IMG/VR virus record: IMGVR_UViG_3300043410_001256
Coordinates: 1 to 64,000 of that record
Reading direction: 5' to 3' (one strand)
DNA: 64,000 bases
From: a virus
The notes under the pieces were generated by a model, which saw only the letters and a program-made list of their open reading frames with translations, did no database searches and had not been told where the DNA came from. This document shows, one piece after another, positions 30,337 through 39,781 of this stretch. How positions within the stretch are numbered: position 1 is the first letter of the stretch; every line of letters begins with the position of its first letter. The position numbers and the translations under genes were made by a program.

Positions 30337-30405
30337 ACAGGTGCTAGTCAGACAGCATCCTGTTTAGTTAGGTACCCGGAGTAGAAATGCTCCGGGTATT
30401 TTTTT
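30337..30405 (+). ncRNA. Putative ~69-nt small RNA
   Basis: Bounded by the promoter at 30304-30332 and a plus-strand terminator. 5' hairpin ACAGG-UGCU...AGCA-U-CCUGU, then a 9-nt single-stranded linker UUAGUUAGG. Confidence 0.65.
30373..30405 (+). terminator. Intrinsic terminator of the putative sRNA
   Basis: TACCCGGAGTA-GAAA-TGCTCCGGGTA followed by T7, on the strand opposite to all flanking genes. Confidence 0.85.
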
Positions 30406-30412
30406 ATCCAAC

Positions 30413-30435
30413 AAAAAAGCGCCTTGCGGCGCTTT
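30413..30435 (-). terminator. Intrinsic terminator of the head operon
   Basis: Minus strand AAAGCGCC-GCAA-GGCGCTTTTTT, ~45 nt after the capsid stop codon. Confidence 0.9.
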
Positions 30436-30478
30436 CCTGCTCCTCCCATCCCTGAGTGGATTTTTTTATAATGTGTGA

Positions 30479-31660
30479 TTATTGGAAAGACAAAGTACCA
30501 GAAGTGATACCAACCTTAGCCAAGTAGTCACCAGCGTTACCTAGAGAAGACGCTGTGTTTGTCAACTCAACATATCCGTAACGAGTCATAAAGCCTACGA
30601 CTGGTTCGAATGTGTTTGGATCTAGAACAACACCAGAGCTCATTAGAGGAACATATGGGCAATAGAATGCTGCCGCATCTGCTTCGCTTGAACCCTTGTA
30701 ACCGATTAGAACGGCTGTACCTGTGTTTGCATAGCTGTCTACGTAAACACGCATAGCGCCATTCAATGTACCAACAAACTTGGTGTTTGTAGGTGCTTCG
30801 AATGTACCTTCTGTTGTACGAGCAAAAGCTGAAGTAGTTGCAGATTGCAATACTGTTAGAGCTTCAGCAGATACAACTGCCCAGTTAGCCGCACCACGAC
30901 GTGTACGCTGAGCGATCAAGTTTGCACTACGGTTGATTAGAACTGCCAATGCGGCATGCTCGTCACCAACGAAAGTAGCTGTACCAGAAACTGTGGACTG
31001 GTCATATGTGAATTCAGTTGCTGCCAATGAACGTAGGCTTGCCAAAATTTCTTGGTCAATTTCAACTGTGATTTCTTGTGCCAAAGCTGCCATGATTTCA
31101 GCTTCAACATCTAAACCGTGCATAGCTTGAGCATCTTGAGCTGCCTCAAATGTCCAACGTGCGCTTAGTTTACGTGTCTTAGCTTCGACAACTTGTTTCA
31201 AGATTTGAACGTTGATACGGTTACCAGGTGTACCTTCTAGGGTACTAGTAGCGTATGCCTTGCTTGTTGCTGGGTTACCAGAATAAGCAGTTGCAATCTT
31301 GAATGGGCTTAGTGCTTCGTCACCAGCTAGTGCGCCATCTGTACCTGTAGTTGCGCTAACAGTGTCAGCATAACGTACACGTAGAGTATGGATTTGTGCA
31401 ACTGGGCCAGTCATTGGCTGAACACCAACGATTTCGTTAGCAATAACGGTTGGCATTACACGACGAATCACTGGTAGAATAACGCGATTCAATGTTGCTA
31501 CGTTGCTTGAGCTAGTAGCACCAGCAGTTGCGTTTTCTGCCAAGTACTTGCGAGTGTTCTCTAGGATCACACCCATGCTGGTTCTCTTAGAACCTTGTAG
31601 GCCTTCTAACAGGGCTTCTTTTGTTTCGCCCCAACGGCTCTCTAATAGTGCGGTTGTCAT
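30479..31660 (-). CDS. gp23: Major capsid protein (T4 gp23 family)
   Basis: GVQPMTGP, KTRKLSARWTFEAAQD..A.HGLDVEAE, FYCPYVPL and TRYG motifs. Confidence 0.97.
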   Translation of the reverse strand: MTTALLESRWGETKEALLEGLQGSKRTSMGVILENTRKYLAENATAGATSSSNVATLNRVILPVIRRVMPTVIANEIVGVQPMTGPVAQIHTLRVRYADTVSATTGTDGALAGDEALSPFKIATAYSGNPATSKAYATSTLEGTPGNRINVQILKQVVEAKTRKLSARWTFEAAQDAQAMHGLDVEAEIMAALAQEITVEIDQEILASLRSLAATEFTYDQSTVSGTATFVGDEHAALAVLINRSANLIAQRTRRGAANWAVVSAEALTVLQSATTSAFARTTEGTFEAPTNTKFVGTLNGAMRVYVDSYANTGTAVLIGYKGSSEADAAAFYCPYVPLMSSGVVLDPNTFEPVVGFMTRYGYVELTNTASSLGNAGDYLAKVGITSGTLSFQ

Positions 31661-31685
31661 TTTATTTCCTTCTCCTGTTTAGGGT

Positions 31686-32783
31686 TTACTTTAGCCCTGC
31701 TAAACGCTTGATTTCAATCACGTTAGTGGCATCATCAGAGGCGCTGACCTTAGCAGTCTTATCACCAGTTTGTACTGAACGTCCTTCGCTTAACACAGCC
31801 TTTGGAGCTGCCTTAATTGGAGTGTTATTCAACACAGCTGGAAGATACTTATCAAATGCAGTTTGTAATTTGTCTGTCTGCACTGATTCAAGAAGTTCGC
31901 TCATTACTGCGGCCTTCTCTTTGTTCAAAGGTTTCAACAACACAGAAAGAGTTTCTTTACGTGTTGCAGATTCTTTGATAATCTTAATTTCTTTTTCTTT
32001 CGTTTCTACCAGAGCGGCCTTTTCATCGGCGGCACGAGTAGCCTCGGCTAATTGCTGAGCTTGAGCATCCATCTCTGCACGTAGCTTGGCAATTTCACGG
32101 TTCTCATTGAGGTGAGTAACTGCAAATTCACTAGCAAATGCCTCAAACAAACGACGACCAAACATGTTCTCACGAGCACTTTGGATATCTTCTTTGAGTT
32201 GTACGATTTCTGTTTCAAGGTTTTGAGCAATAGACTCTTTAACCAACTTGGCGCTACGTTCTACAAACTGACTCTTTAGTTGAGTCAAATGTTGTTTAGC
32301 TTCTGCAACTAAACGAACGCGAGCTTCTACCACAGCTTTCTTATCTGTTTCAAATTCTTGAATCTCTTCAGCTAACGCTGTGATAACAAACTTCTCAAGA
32401 CGACTTACGTTTTCTTGATATTGCTTGCGATCAGCACGTAGTTCCTTCAATTCCTCAGCTAGTTTGCTGATCATGAATTGATCAAACTTGCTTGCGTTTT
32501 CAGACATGCGAGTTTGGAACTTCACACGGTCTTCTGCGAGAGCACGTTTTTCTTCTTGGAACTCACGAATTTCTTCAGATAGAGCGTCGGTAACCATGTG
32601 GTCTAGGGCTTCAACCATTACACTCTTGTCATGCTCATAGCGTTGTGCAAATTCTTCGCGCAACTCTGCACGTGCAGTTTCACGTGCCTCATGAAGCTTG
32701 GCTTCCCAAGCTTCAGAGATGGCCTGACGAGTGTCTTCGTTGATAATGCCGGCATCCAACAGTGGTTTGATAGCATCAAACAT
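31686..32783 (-). CDS. gp22: Prohead core scaffolding protein (gp22-like)
   Basis: E/K/A-rich coiled-coil protein between the protease and capsid genes. Confidence 0.85.
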   Translation of the reverse strand: MFDAIKPLLDAGIINEDTRQAISEAWEAKLHEARETARAELREEFAQRYEHDKSVMVEALDHMVTDALSEEIREFQEEKRALAEDRVKFQTRMSENASKFDQFMISKLAEELKELRADRKQYQENVSRLEKFVITALAEEIQEFETDKKAVVEARVRLVAEAKQHLTQLKSQFVERSAKLVKESIAQNLETEIVQLKEDIQSARENMFGRRLFEAFASEFAVTHLNENREIAKLRAEMDAQAQQLAEATRAADEKAALVETKEKEIKIIKESATRKETLSVLLKPLNKEKAAVMSELLESVQTDKLQTAFDKYLPAVLNNTPIKAAPKAVLSEGRSVQTGDKTAKVSASDDATNVIEIKRLAGLK

Positions 32784-32793
32784 TACCTATCTC

Positions 32794-33432
32794 CTATAAT
32801 TTCAAATCATTGATTAGGCGCACAACAGCCTCTTTCAGATACTTCTGAACTTTTTGATCATGTACTGCGTCACCTGCTGTGTCCAAAACACGATGTCCAT
32901 GACGCATGTTCATTAGACCTTCGTAAATTGCTTTTGGATAAGCGTGTGGTGCGCTAGGTTGTGCTACTATGTCCACAGTGATTATTTCAAAGTCACTGAC
33001 TTGACCTGAACTCTCGTTAACGTTGCCGCTGCCACGTGAGCTCACTCCTAACTTGACTCCGCTAGTAAGCATGGCTTTCACCAGCTCACCCATCGGGGTC
33101 GGTAGAATCTTTAGTTTACCTATACCAGCATGTCCGTCCATGTACATTTCTGTAATCATGTGGCTCACACGGTCTAGATTAATTTTTAGGTCATCTGGAT
33201 GGTCTACTTCACCTAGAACGCTGTTACCTTTTCTTAACTGTTCGTTAATTTGGGTAACAGCTTTCTCGATTTCGTGAATTGGGTATATGCGCTTGTTTTC
33301 GTTCTTGATACCGCCTTCAATGCATATACCTTTCAGATAGAGGTTCTTACCTTTGCCGTCGGGAGCGTCTTCGTTGAGCAACTCCAACCTAGCGGCATCA
33401 AATGTAAGATTCTCTTTTAGGTACATAGCCAT
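32794..33432 (-). CDS. gp21: Prohead protease (gp21 family)
   Basis: N.N.RIYP, GEVDHP, VSH, GVSSRG.G and D.VA.PS motifs. Confidence 0.95.
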   Translation of the reverse strand: MAMYLKENLTFDAARLELLNEDAPDGKGKNLYLKGICIEGGIKNENKRIYPIHEIEKAVTQINEQLRKGNSVLGEVDHPDDLKINLDRVSHMITEMYMDGHAGIGKLKILPTPMGELVKAMLTSGVKLGVSSRGSGNVNESSGQVSDFEIITVDIVAQPSAPHAYPKAIYEGLMNMRHGHRVLDTAGDAVHDQKVQKYLKEAVVRLINDLKL

Positions 33433-33445
33433 ATTAACTACCTAA

Positions 33446-34441
33446 TTATTTTGCTTTGAAACCAGATTTGCCACCTGGTTCAATGCTGTGTTTGTTAACA
33501 CTCACGCTACCATCAGTTGTGCTGCCTTCTGCAGACTTAGCACTTGCTTTAGTATTGTAATAGTTTTGAGCGCCTTTGTTGCCACCTGGCTTGTTTACAT
33601 TGCGTTTAGCAACATCAATTTCCTGTGGAGCTTTCAAAAAGCCGCCTGCTTTACCTTTTGGGGACTGACCGTTAGGATCTGGAACGTTGTCTTGACGGTT
33701 CATGTTTTCATTTGTACCGCCCATGTCGTTAGGCATGTCGTCAACGATGCTGGTCTTGTTTACGCTTACGCTACCGCCTTTAGCACCAACTTCTTTGCCT
33801 TCAGCGTCGCCTTTTTTGTCAGCGCCATGACCACCAGATACTTTTTCTACGTATTCACGAATACGCTCTGCTTCAGTTCTAGCACGACGTGATTCAGCAA
33901 CTGAATCTTCTTCGTCATCTGCTTCTTCTTCGTCATCTGCTTCTTCGTCGCCTTCTTCATCACCCTCTTCGTCGCTGCCGCCAAATGGGTTATCGTCGCC
34001 TTCTTCATCACCCATGTCATCGCCGCCGAAGTCGTCACCGCCTTCTTCGTCGCCCATCAAGCGATCAAATTCTGCTTTTAATTCGTCAATTGCAGACTCT
34101 AGGTCCATAATGTCAGACTTGGTAGCTGGAGCTTCGCTGTCGCCAGCACCGCCTAAACCACCCATGTCATCGCCGCCTGGCATGTCATCGCCGCCTGGCT
34201 CGCCGGACATGTCATCACCTGGCATGCCCAATTCATCGTCTTCTTCAGTCATGCCATTTTCGTCCATGGCAACTTCTTGAGCAAGGTTACCCACGCGATC
34301 ATGGCTAACTGCTGGTTCTTCGTCCATTAATGATTCATAGATTTCACGGCTGCGCTCTACCACGATTGAGTGGAAAAGAGCACGAGCTTTGTCTTCGTCA
34401 TCATTAATGATATGTTCTATAAGCTGTTCGTATTTGTTCAT
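33446..34441 (-). CDS. Highly acidic prohead core protein (positionally gp67/gp68-like)
   Basis: D/E/G-rich low-complexity centre and basic C-terminus. Lies between portal and protease. Confidence 0.65.
   Translation of the reverse strand: MNKYEQLIEHIINDDEDKARALFHSIVVERSREIYESLMDEEPAVSHDRVGNLAQEVAMDENGMTEEDDELGMPGDDMSGEPGGDDMPGGDDMGGLGGAGDSEAPATKSDIMDLESAIDELKAEFDRLMGDEEGGDDFGGDDMGDEEGDDNPFGGSDEEGDEEGDEEADDEEEADDEEDSVAESRRARTEAERIREYVEKVSGGHGADKKGDAEGKEVGAKGGSVSVNKTSIVDDMPNDMGGTNENMNRQDNVPDPNGQSPKGKAGGFLKAPQEIDVAKRNVNKPGGNKGAQNYYNTKASAKSAEGSTTDGSVSVNKHSIEPGGKSGFKAK
33906..33941. repeat. 18-bp in-frame tandem repeat (ADDEEE-like)
   Basis: tcttcttcgtcatctgct x2. Confidence 0.9.
34163..34198. 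repeat. 18-bp in-frame tandem repeat (PGGDDM)
   Basis: catgtcatcgccgcctgg x2. Confidence 0.9.
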
Positions 34442-34474
34442 GAGAACTCCTCTAGTAATATGGCTATGTTATTT

Positions 34475-34482
34475 TATTTAAG
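34475..34482 (-). promoter_or_regulatory. Late promoter (CTTAAATA) for the core/protease/scaffold/capsid operon
   Basis: Intergenic, before 34441. Confidence 0.68.
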
Positions 34483-34536
34483 ATAACGGCTAAGATTTCG
34501 CCAGTTATGTGGATGTTTTTGAGCGATTTGCAAAAT

Positions 34537-34782
34537 TTATAGGCTTGCAGGTGCTCCAACACCGGCTGCACCCTCTTCCGGAGCTGTTTTATATTGCTTG
34601 CTTACCCTCTTGAGCTGTTGCTCATGTTCTACTTTTTTAACGTCATTCATCATACGCAAACGGTTAATCTGCGCTAATGTGAGTCTAGTTTTGCGTCGAT
34701 CATCCAGCTTGATGGTGGTATGATCTTCTTGGGGTTCGTAACGTCCGGGCAATACTGGATTAAAAAATTCGTATAAATTCAT
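34537..34782 (-). CDS. Small head-module protein (81 aa)
   Basis: ORF between the portal and core genes (RKTRLTLAQINRLR). A TAAATA sits 6 nt before the ATG. Confidence 0.65.
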   Translation of the reverse strand: MNLYEFFNPVLPGRYEPQEDHTTIKLDDRRKTRLTLAQINRLRMMNDVKKVEHEQQLKRVSKQYKTAPEEGAAGVGAPASL

Positions 34783-34788
34783 AACTTG

Positions 34789-34796
34789 TATTTACC
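34789..34796 (-). promoter_or_regulatory. Late promoter (GGTAAATA)
   Basis: 6 nt before ATG 34782. Confidence 0.62.
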
Positions 34797-34805
34797 CAAA
34801 ACGGT

Positions 34806-36551
34806 TTATATTGCCGGCGGTATGCCGCTTGCAGGCGTGGATGCTGTGCCTCCTGGGACTGGACTGCCCATGCCTGGACCAGCTGGCATTTCACCTGGCA
34901 TGCCCATTCCTGGCTCTCCTTCAGCAGGGACGTCTGCGGCTTCTAGGTCGCTTTGGATGCCACCTGGGGTTACGCCCACTGAACGTAGCTCGGCAGCATC
35001 AGCAGGTGCAGTTTCAACATCACCTTGTTCTTCTGCCCACATGCTTTCGTTTTCTGTCATTTCTTGTTCAGTTAAGCCCAAGAAACGTTGCATTAGGAAA
35101 CGTTTGGAGAAGTAAGGAAACTGCTCCAACTGTGTAAATGTGTTGATACGTGCCATATCAACGTCAGCTTGACGGTACTGTGCAAAGTTCTGTGGGGGAT
35201 TAAACTTAAGATCAAACAGTTGTCCGTCGATACTAATACCGCGCCACTTCATGTACAGCTTGAACTCTTTGTCTAGATATTCAGCAACAATCTTTTGTAA
35301 ACGCAAACAGTATTGGTTAAAGCGCCATTCCTGAATCAGTGCTGTGCCTACTTTACCATCAGTAAAACTGCCCTGTGCGCCGTCGTCTAGTCCTGTAGGC
35401 AAATAGCTACTTGGAATGCGTAAACCACGGAATAATTTGTTGGTAAAGAAGTGTAAATCAGTGATTTCACCTAGGTTCTGACCGCCTGCTAGTGTCTCTA
35501 CGCTAGACCCACGGCCGTCTGCTGTAACAGGGAAGAAATAGTCTTCATTTTGGCTCAATGGGTTGTAAGTAGCATCCATCATGTTTGTTCCGCCACCTGT
35601 TTGTGTGGGGATTCTACGCTGATGCACTTCGTTTTTAATACGCTCAACAAAGGCCATAGCCATGTGACTTGGCATGTTTCCTACGTCAATTTTGAAGATT
35701 CTACGCTCTGGAGCACGTTGTACACGGTAGATAATAATAGCATCTTCCAGCAGTTCTTTCTGCTTAAACACCTTGAAAATGTTCTCTAAAACAGAGTTGC
35801 CGAACGGCCAATATACGTCCAGGCCCTCTGTTAAACTCATGTGTAAAACGTGTTCTGCGTTGATTGCTACTTCGTTTTTAGCCTGGCTAAAACGGCTACC
35901 ACCTGCTGTATAATTGCTGGGTTGTACATAGCTACCAGTGGGTCCACCCACTTGCGGATGGTTAATATATGTGTCTGTTGCGGCTACTGCGGTTACACTT
36001 AGGTTTTGCAGGTTAGGATTAATGTCTTTGATAATGTACTGCTCAGGCTGTTTGCCCTCTGCTTCGTTTACAATAATCTTAACCACTTTTGACATTTCAA
36101 CCCAGAACAGTTTGAATGTTTCTGGATCACGCACAAACACTTGATCTCCGTATTTGATAACGCTACGGAAAATACGAAAGATACGTTTGTTCAGTTCATT
36201 GAGACTTACCCACTGATGCAGTTGTTCTTTGATAATTTTAATTTCGTTTTCAGTTGGTTGCTCTTTGAAATCTAGTGTAAAAGCATTACCATACTCTTCG
36301 TTGTCTTGTGTGCTGAATTCTGCTAGAATGTCTAGGGCCGCATTGACTTCGCTGTCCATGTCCATTTGTTCATACTGGTTGTATCGCTCAACACGATTTG
36401 GATGTCCAATATAAATTTCTGGCAGACTGCTTTGCCAGTTGCGATAACCAGGGTTAGTAGGGGTAGAGCTTCCATTGAATGTGAATGGACTAACAGCACC
36501 TCCCATATTCTGGGGTATGTTAGAGCTCTTAAAATATTTTTTCCAAGACAT
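34806..36551 (-). CDS. gp20: Portal vertex protein (T4 gp20 family)
   Basis: EDAIIIYRVQRAPERRIFKIDVGNMP, EDYFFP...GRGS.VETL.GG and L.IPSS motifs. Confidence 0.96.
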   Translation of the reverse strand: MSWKKYFKSSNIPQNMGGAVSPFTFNGSSTPTNPGYRNWQSSLPEIYIGHPNRVERYNQYEQMDMDSEVNAALDILAEFSTQDNEEYGNAFTLDFKEQPTENEIKIIKEQLHQWVSLNELNKRIFRIFRSVIKYGDQVFVRDPETFKLFWVEMSKVVKIIVNEAEGKQPEQYIIKDINPNLQNLSVTAVAATDTYINHPQVGGPTGSYVQPSNYTAGGSRFSQAKNEVAINAEHVLHMSLTEGLDVYWPFGNSVLENIFKVFKQKELLEDAIIIYRVQRAPERRIFKIDVGNMPSHMAMAFVERIKNEVHQRRIPTQTGGGTNMMDATYNPLSQNEDYFFPVTADGRGSSVETLAGGQNLGEITDLHFFTNKLFRGLRIPSSYLPTGLDDGAQGSFTDGKVGTALIQEWRFNQYCLRLQKIVAEYLDKEFKLYMKWRGISIDGQLFDLKFNPPQNFAQYRQADVDMARINTFTQLEQFPYFSKRFLMQRFLGLTEQEMTENESMWAEEQGDVETAPADAAELRSVGVTPGGIQSDLEAADVPAEGEPGMGMPGEMPAGPGMGSPVPGGTASTPASGIPPAI

Positions 36552-36573
36552 GTATAATTGGTTCCGTGTCGTA

Positions 36574-36581
36574 TATTTAAG
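36574..36581 (-). promoter_or_regulatory. Late promoter (CTTAAATA) for portal
   Basis: Intergenic, before 36551. Confidence 0.68.
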
Positions 36582-36584
36582 TGA

Positions 36585-39500
36585 TTAGAAGTTGTTGCCA
36601 ATCTTCTTGAGGTAGCGTACACTATCGCTATTAGCAGAAACCACTGCCCCCATTTTTGTTGCTAGACTACGCATAACTTCAACACCCTCGGCTGTTTCTT
36701 TGGTTAGCTTACCTAATGCAAAAATAATAGGATCACCTTTACCATATTCAATCAAATCGTTTTCAGTGAACGCTTTGCCTTTTTTAGCCTTAGGATCATA
36801 AAAATCGCCCGGTCTAACAGATGTAGTGCCAAGTGGACCTGCTCCGCCCTGGGCACTTTTTAATGCATCAACAAATGCACTAGTTAAGATTCCTTTTGCA
36901 TTTGCTGTAAACGTAATAGCATTACCAGCCGACGATAGGCTTACAGCAAGAGCGCCATCAAATGCTTTAAGTCCTTCTGGCAGTTTGCCTGTAACTGTTA
37001 CAGTTGCACCAGCTGGTGCTGATGGTGCAGAACGTGGCTTACCATTGGTAGTAGTAGGTTTATCGTCACCAAACCAACTCATTGGATTTAAGTTGCTAAA
37101 TTTCTGTTTAACTGTTTTCCAACTATCTTCTACCCAGTCGCTTATGGTTGTAAATGTACTACCTAGAGTTTTACCAATTGAATCCCAAACTCCTTTGAAC
37201 GTCCAACTCTGCCACCACTTGGAAAAACTTTGTCCAATTTTATTAACCCATTTAGAAGCATCAGTCATATAATACAGCACACCTGCACCAATACTACCTA
37301 GTAATCCGCCAATGATAGCGCCGGGTCCTGCACCAACACCTCCAAACCATACACCAATTGCGGCACCAACTGCGGCACCTATCTTTCCGCCAGCCCAGGC
37401 AGCGGCAACACCACCTGCAGTCTCTGCTGTTTTACCAGTGTACTCTTCATTTGCTTGTTCTGCTGTTATTTCGCCGCGGTTTTTCTTTTCACGAATTTGA
37501 TTCATTTCGTAACCGTACATAAGAGTCTGAACGCCTATGTTGGCACGATTAACATTTTTTAACAGAGGTGCGGCTTTTTCTAAGGCTGTTGCAATCTTGG
37601 CTTGTCTTATTTCCGCGGCAGCGGCTTTGGAGCGCAATTCCATTTCTGCGACGTCTTTTGCACTACCAGTTAGTTCTTTGCCTTTGAATGGATTCTTTTC
37701 TTTGAACCATTCTTTGAATCGTTCTGTGCGAGTCTTGCCTTCTTCTACTTTAGCACCACCCTCTGTTGCAGTTGTTGTTGTTCCTCCACCAAAACGTCCA
37801 GATGTTGCCCAGCGTATGAGTTTCAATGCATCAACTGCTAGTAGTGCGGCAATGGCAATTGGTAACCACTTGTTGATTTCTCCCATGCCAGGTATATCGC
37901 CGCCGCCAAACTTGCGTTGGAATCCGCCGAGACCTTCTTCTATTAATCTGTTTGCTTCTTCTAATGAAGCTTTGATCTTAGTTCCAATCTCAGGAAGTCT
38001 ATCAATAATGTGTTGTTGGAACTTGGCTGTTAGATCTCTGCCTGCCGCTTCAATGTCAGTCAACATCTGTGTCATGTTCTTGGGCTTGCCAGTCTTACCT
38101 GCTTCTTCAGCATCTTCCATGGTCTGACGTTGATTTTCTTTTATGTTTTTAACCGCGTCTGCTGTAAACCTAGAGCCTTCAACCATCATGCTGGACAGAG
38201 AATTAATAGCAGGTGCCAGTTTACTATTACTTGCCGCAATAGTACCAAAGGTCTGATCCTTCATGATTGTTTGGTACACACTTGACAGTCGTGTACGAAT
38301 CTTGATTGCTTCGTCTGGTGTCATGGTACCGTTACGCATTGACTTGGCTGCGTCTCGGAAAATTACCTGTAGCTCTGGGAATCTGGCAGCTAACAATTTC
38401 ATGCTGTCACCAGTGGCTACACCAAACTTAGCAGTCTGAACAATTGATCGACGTATCTCGTCATCAAAGGTGTCCATGGCTTTTGTAACTGTGGCTCTCA
38501 CACTATCTGGAAGATTAGCCATCTCTTGTTGGTATGCAAAGTCTGCCTGGTTGGCTTTGGCTTTTTCTTTAAGGTCTCTAATGCTCTTACCAGTCAGTTG
38601 ATTAATAATACTCAACGACTGTGCATACTCCACAGAGCGTTGTAAAATTTCTGAATCTTTCAAGGACCGACCAAACTGTCCTTGTTTCATGTATGCCATT
38701 TCAGATGCGGCAATGCCCATAAAGTCTTCAACTGACACCCCCATGGCCTGCAACTGTCTGTCTAGTTTTTGTCCTCTGAGCTGTGCTGCCACGCGACCCA
38801 TCTGCAAACTGGCTTGACCAATGCCCATACCAGTTCTAACCAATGCGTCTGCGTTTTCTTGCACACCTTGCTTGAACTGATCAAAGGTCATCATCATGAC
38901 GCCATTGAATTGCAATGCCTTGGCTATGTCATCGGCACCACCTGCAACAACAACACCTGCCTTGGTTAAATCTTTGTAGGCTCTTAACAGTTGATCACCA
39001 CCAGTCATCAGCACCTGGTTGTAGAGTCTTGCGGCAGCAGTTTTAAGTTCTGATTGTACTTTGTTTGACTCGGCATTCAATACCATGCCCAAGCCAAGCA
39101 GTTTACTTGCAAATCCTGGAATAGCCGCAACTGCTGTGCCAGCCATTTGTGTGGCAGTGGCCAATTGCTGTGCATGAACATTAGCAATGTTCAGTTCCAT
39201 TTCCATCTGAGCATTGGCTATGGCAAATCCAGAACCACCGCTCTGGATAGTGCTCATTACCTGTCCAACGCCCTGTATGGTTGCCATTTGCACAGCACCA
39301 TAGTAGCCTATTAGAAACTTGCCCCACTTTTCAACACCGCCGGTGAACTTCTGGAATACTTCGCCGCGATCCTGCATAGACGAAATTTCTTTGCGTCTAG
39401 CTTCAACTTCTTTTAACTGTAACGGTGTTAGTAGTGCGGTGCCAGCACGATGTTTGCGTAGTGCTTCTTCTAGATCATAGAGTTCATTGTTAGCTTGACG

Positions 39501-39731
39501 CAGTGCTTCTTTGTGTTCGTATTGTGCTCTGTTGGTTAAACGCAAACTTGCACTTAGACGTTTGTAGCTGTCTGTGGCATCTTTACTGCTTTTCAAAAGA
39601 TTATCTATACGTTCTTTGTATGTTGCTCCATCAGAATCACCGCTGGAGCTTGATCGGCCCGCAGACGGGTTGCGGTCTCCCATAACCTCTTGCATTGCCC
39701 GTTTGAATGCTTCAATTTGCTCGCGATCCAT
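36585..39731 (-). CDS. Probable tape measure protein (1048 aa)
   Basis: Helical A/Q/K-rich protein with Gly-rich hydrophobic segments (GAAVGAAIGVWFGGVGAGPGAIIGG) and a W-spaced region. Adjacent to hub chaperone genes. Confidence 0.7.
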   Translation of the reverse strand: MDREQIEAFKRAMQEVMGDRNPSAGRSSSSGDSDGATYKERIDNLLKSSKDATDSYKRLSASLRLTNRAQYEHKEALRQANNELYDLEEALRKHRAGTALLTPLQLKEVEARRKEISSMQDRGEVFQKFTGGVEKWGKFLIGYYGAVQMATIQGVGQVMSTIQSGGSGFAIANAQMEMELNIANVHAQQLATATQMAGTAVAAIPGFASKLLGLGMVLNAESNKVQSELKTAAARLYNQVLMTGGDQLLRAYKDLTKAGVVVAGGADDIAKALQFNGVMMMTFDQFKQGVQENADALVRTGMGIGQASLQMGRVAAQLRGQKLDRQLQAMGVSVEDFMGIAASEMAYMKQGQFGRSLKDSEILQRSVEYAQSLSIINQLTGKSIRDLKEKAKANQADFAYQQEMANLPDSVRATVTKAMDTFDDEIRRSIVQTAKFGVATGDSMKLLAARFPELQVIFRDAAKSMRNGTMTPDEAIKIRTRLSSVYQTIMKDQTFGTIAASNSKLAPAINSLSSMMVEGSRFTADAVKNIKENQRQTMEDAEEAGKTGKPKNMTQMLTDIEAAGRDLTAKFQQHIIDRLPEIGTKIKASLEEANRLIEEGLGGFQRKFGGGDIPGMGEINKWLPIAIAALLAVDALKLIRWATSGRFGGGTTTTATEGGAKVEEGKTRTERFKEWFKEKNPFKGKELTGSAKDVAEMELRSKAAAAEIRQAKIATALEKAAPLLKNVNRANIGVQTLMYGYEMNQIREKKNRGEITAEQANEEYTGKTAETAGGVAAAWAGGKIGAAVGAAIGVWFGGVGAGPGAIIGGLLGSIGAGVLYYMTDASKWVNKIGQSFSKWWQSWTFKGVWDSIGKTLGSTFTTISDWVEDSWKTVKQKFSNLNPMSWFGDDKPTTTNGKPRSAPSAPAGATVTVTGKLPEGLKAFDGALAVSLSSAGNAITFTANAKGILTSAFVDALKSAQGGAGPLGTTSVRPGDFYDPKAKKGKAFTENDLIEYGKGDPIIFALGKLTKETAEGVEVMRSLATKMGAVVSANSDSVRYLKKIGNNF

Positions 39732-39740
39732 TTTGCTACC

Positions 39741-39770
39741 TATAAATAAACGTATATTTCAATATTTATG
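39741..39770. promoter_or_regulatory. Face-to-face late promoters (TATAAATA + at 39741; CATAAATA - at 39763-39770)
   Basis: Both lie in the 50-bp gap between the tape measure and gp26-like genes. Confidence 0.72.
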
Positions 39771-39781
39771 AGGATCAAAAT

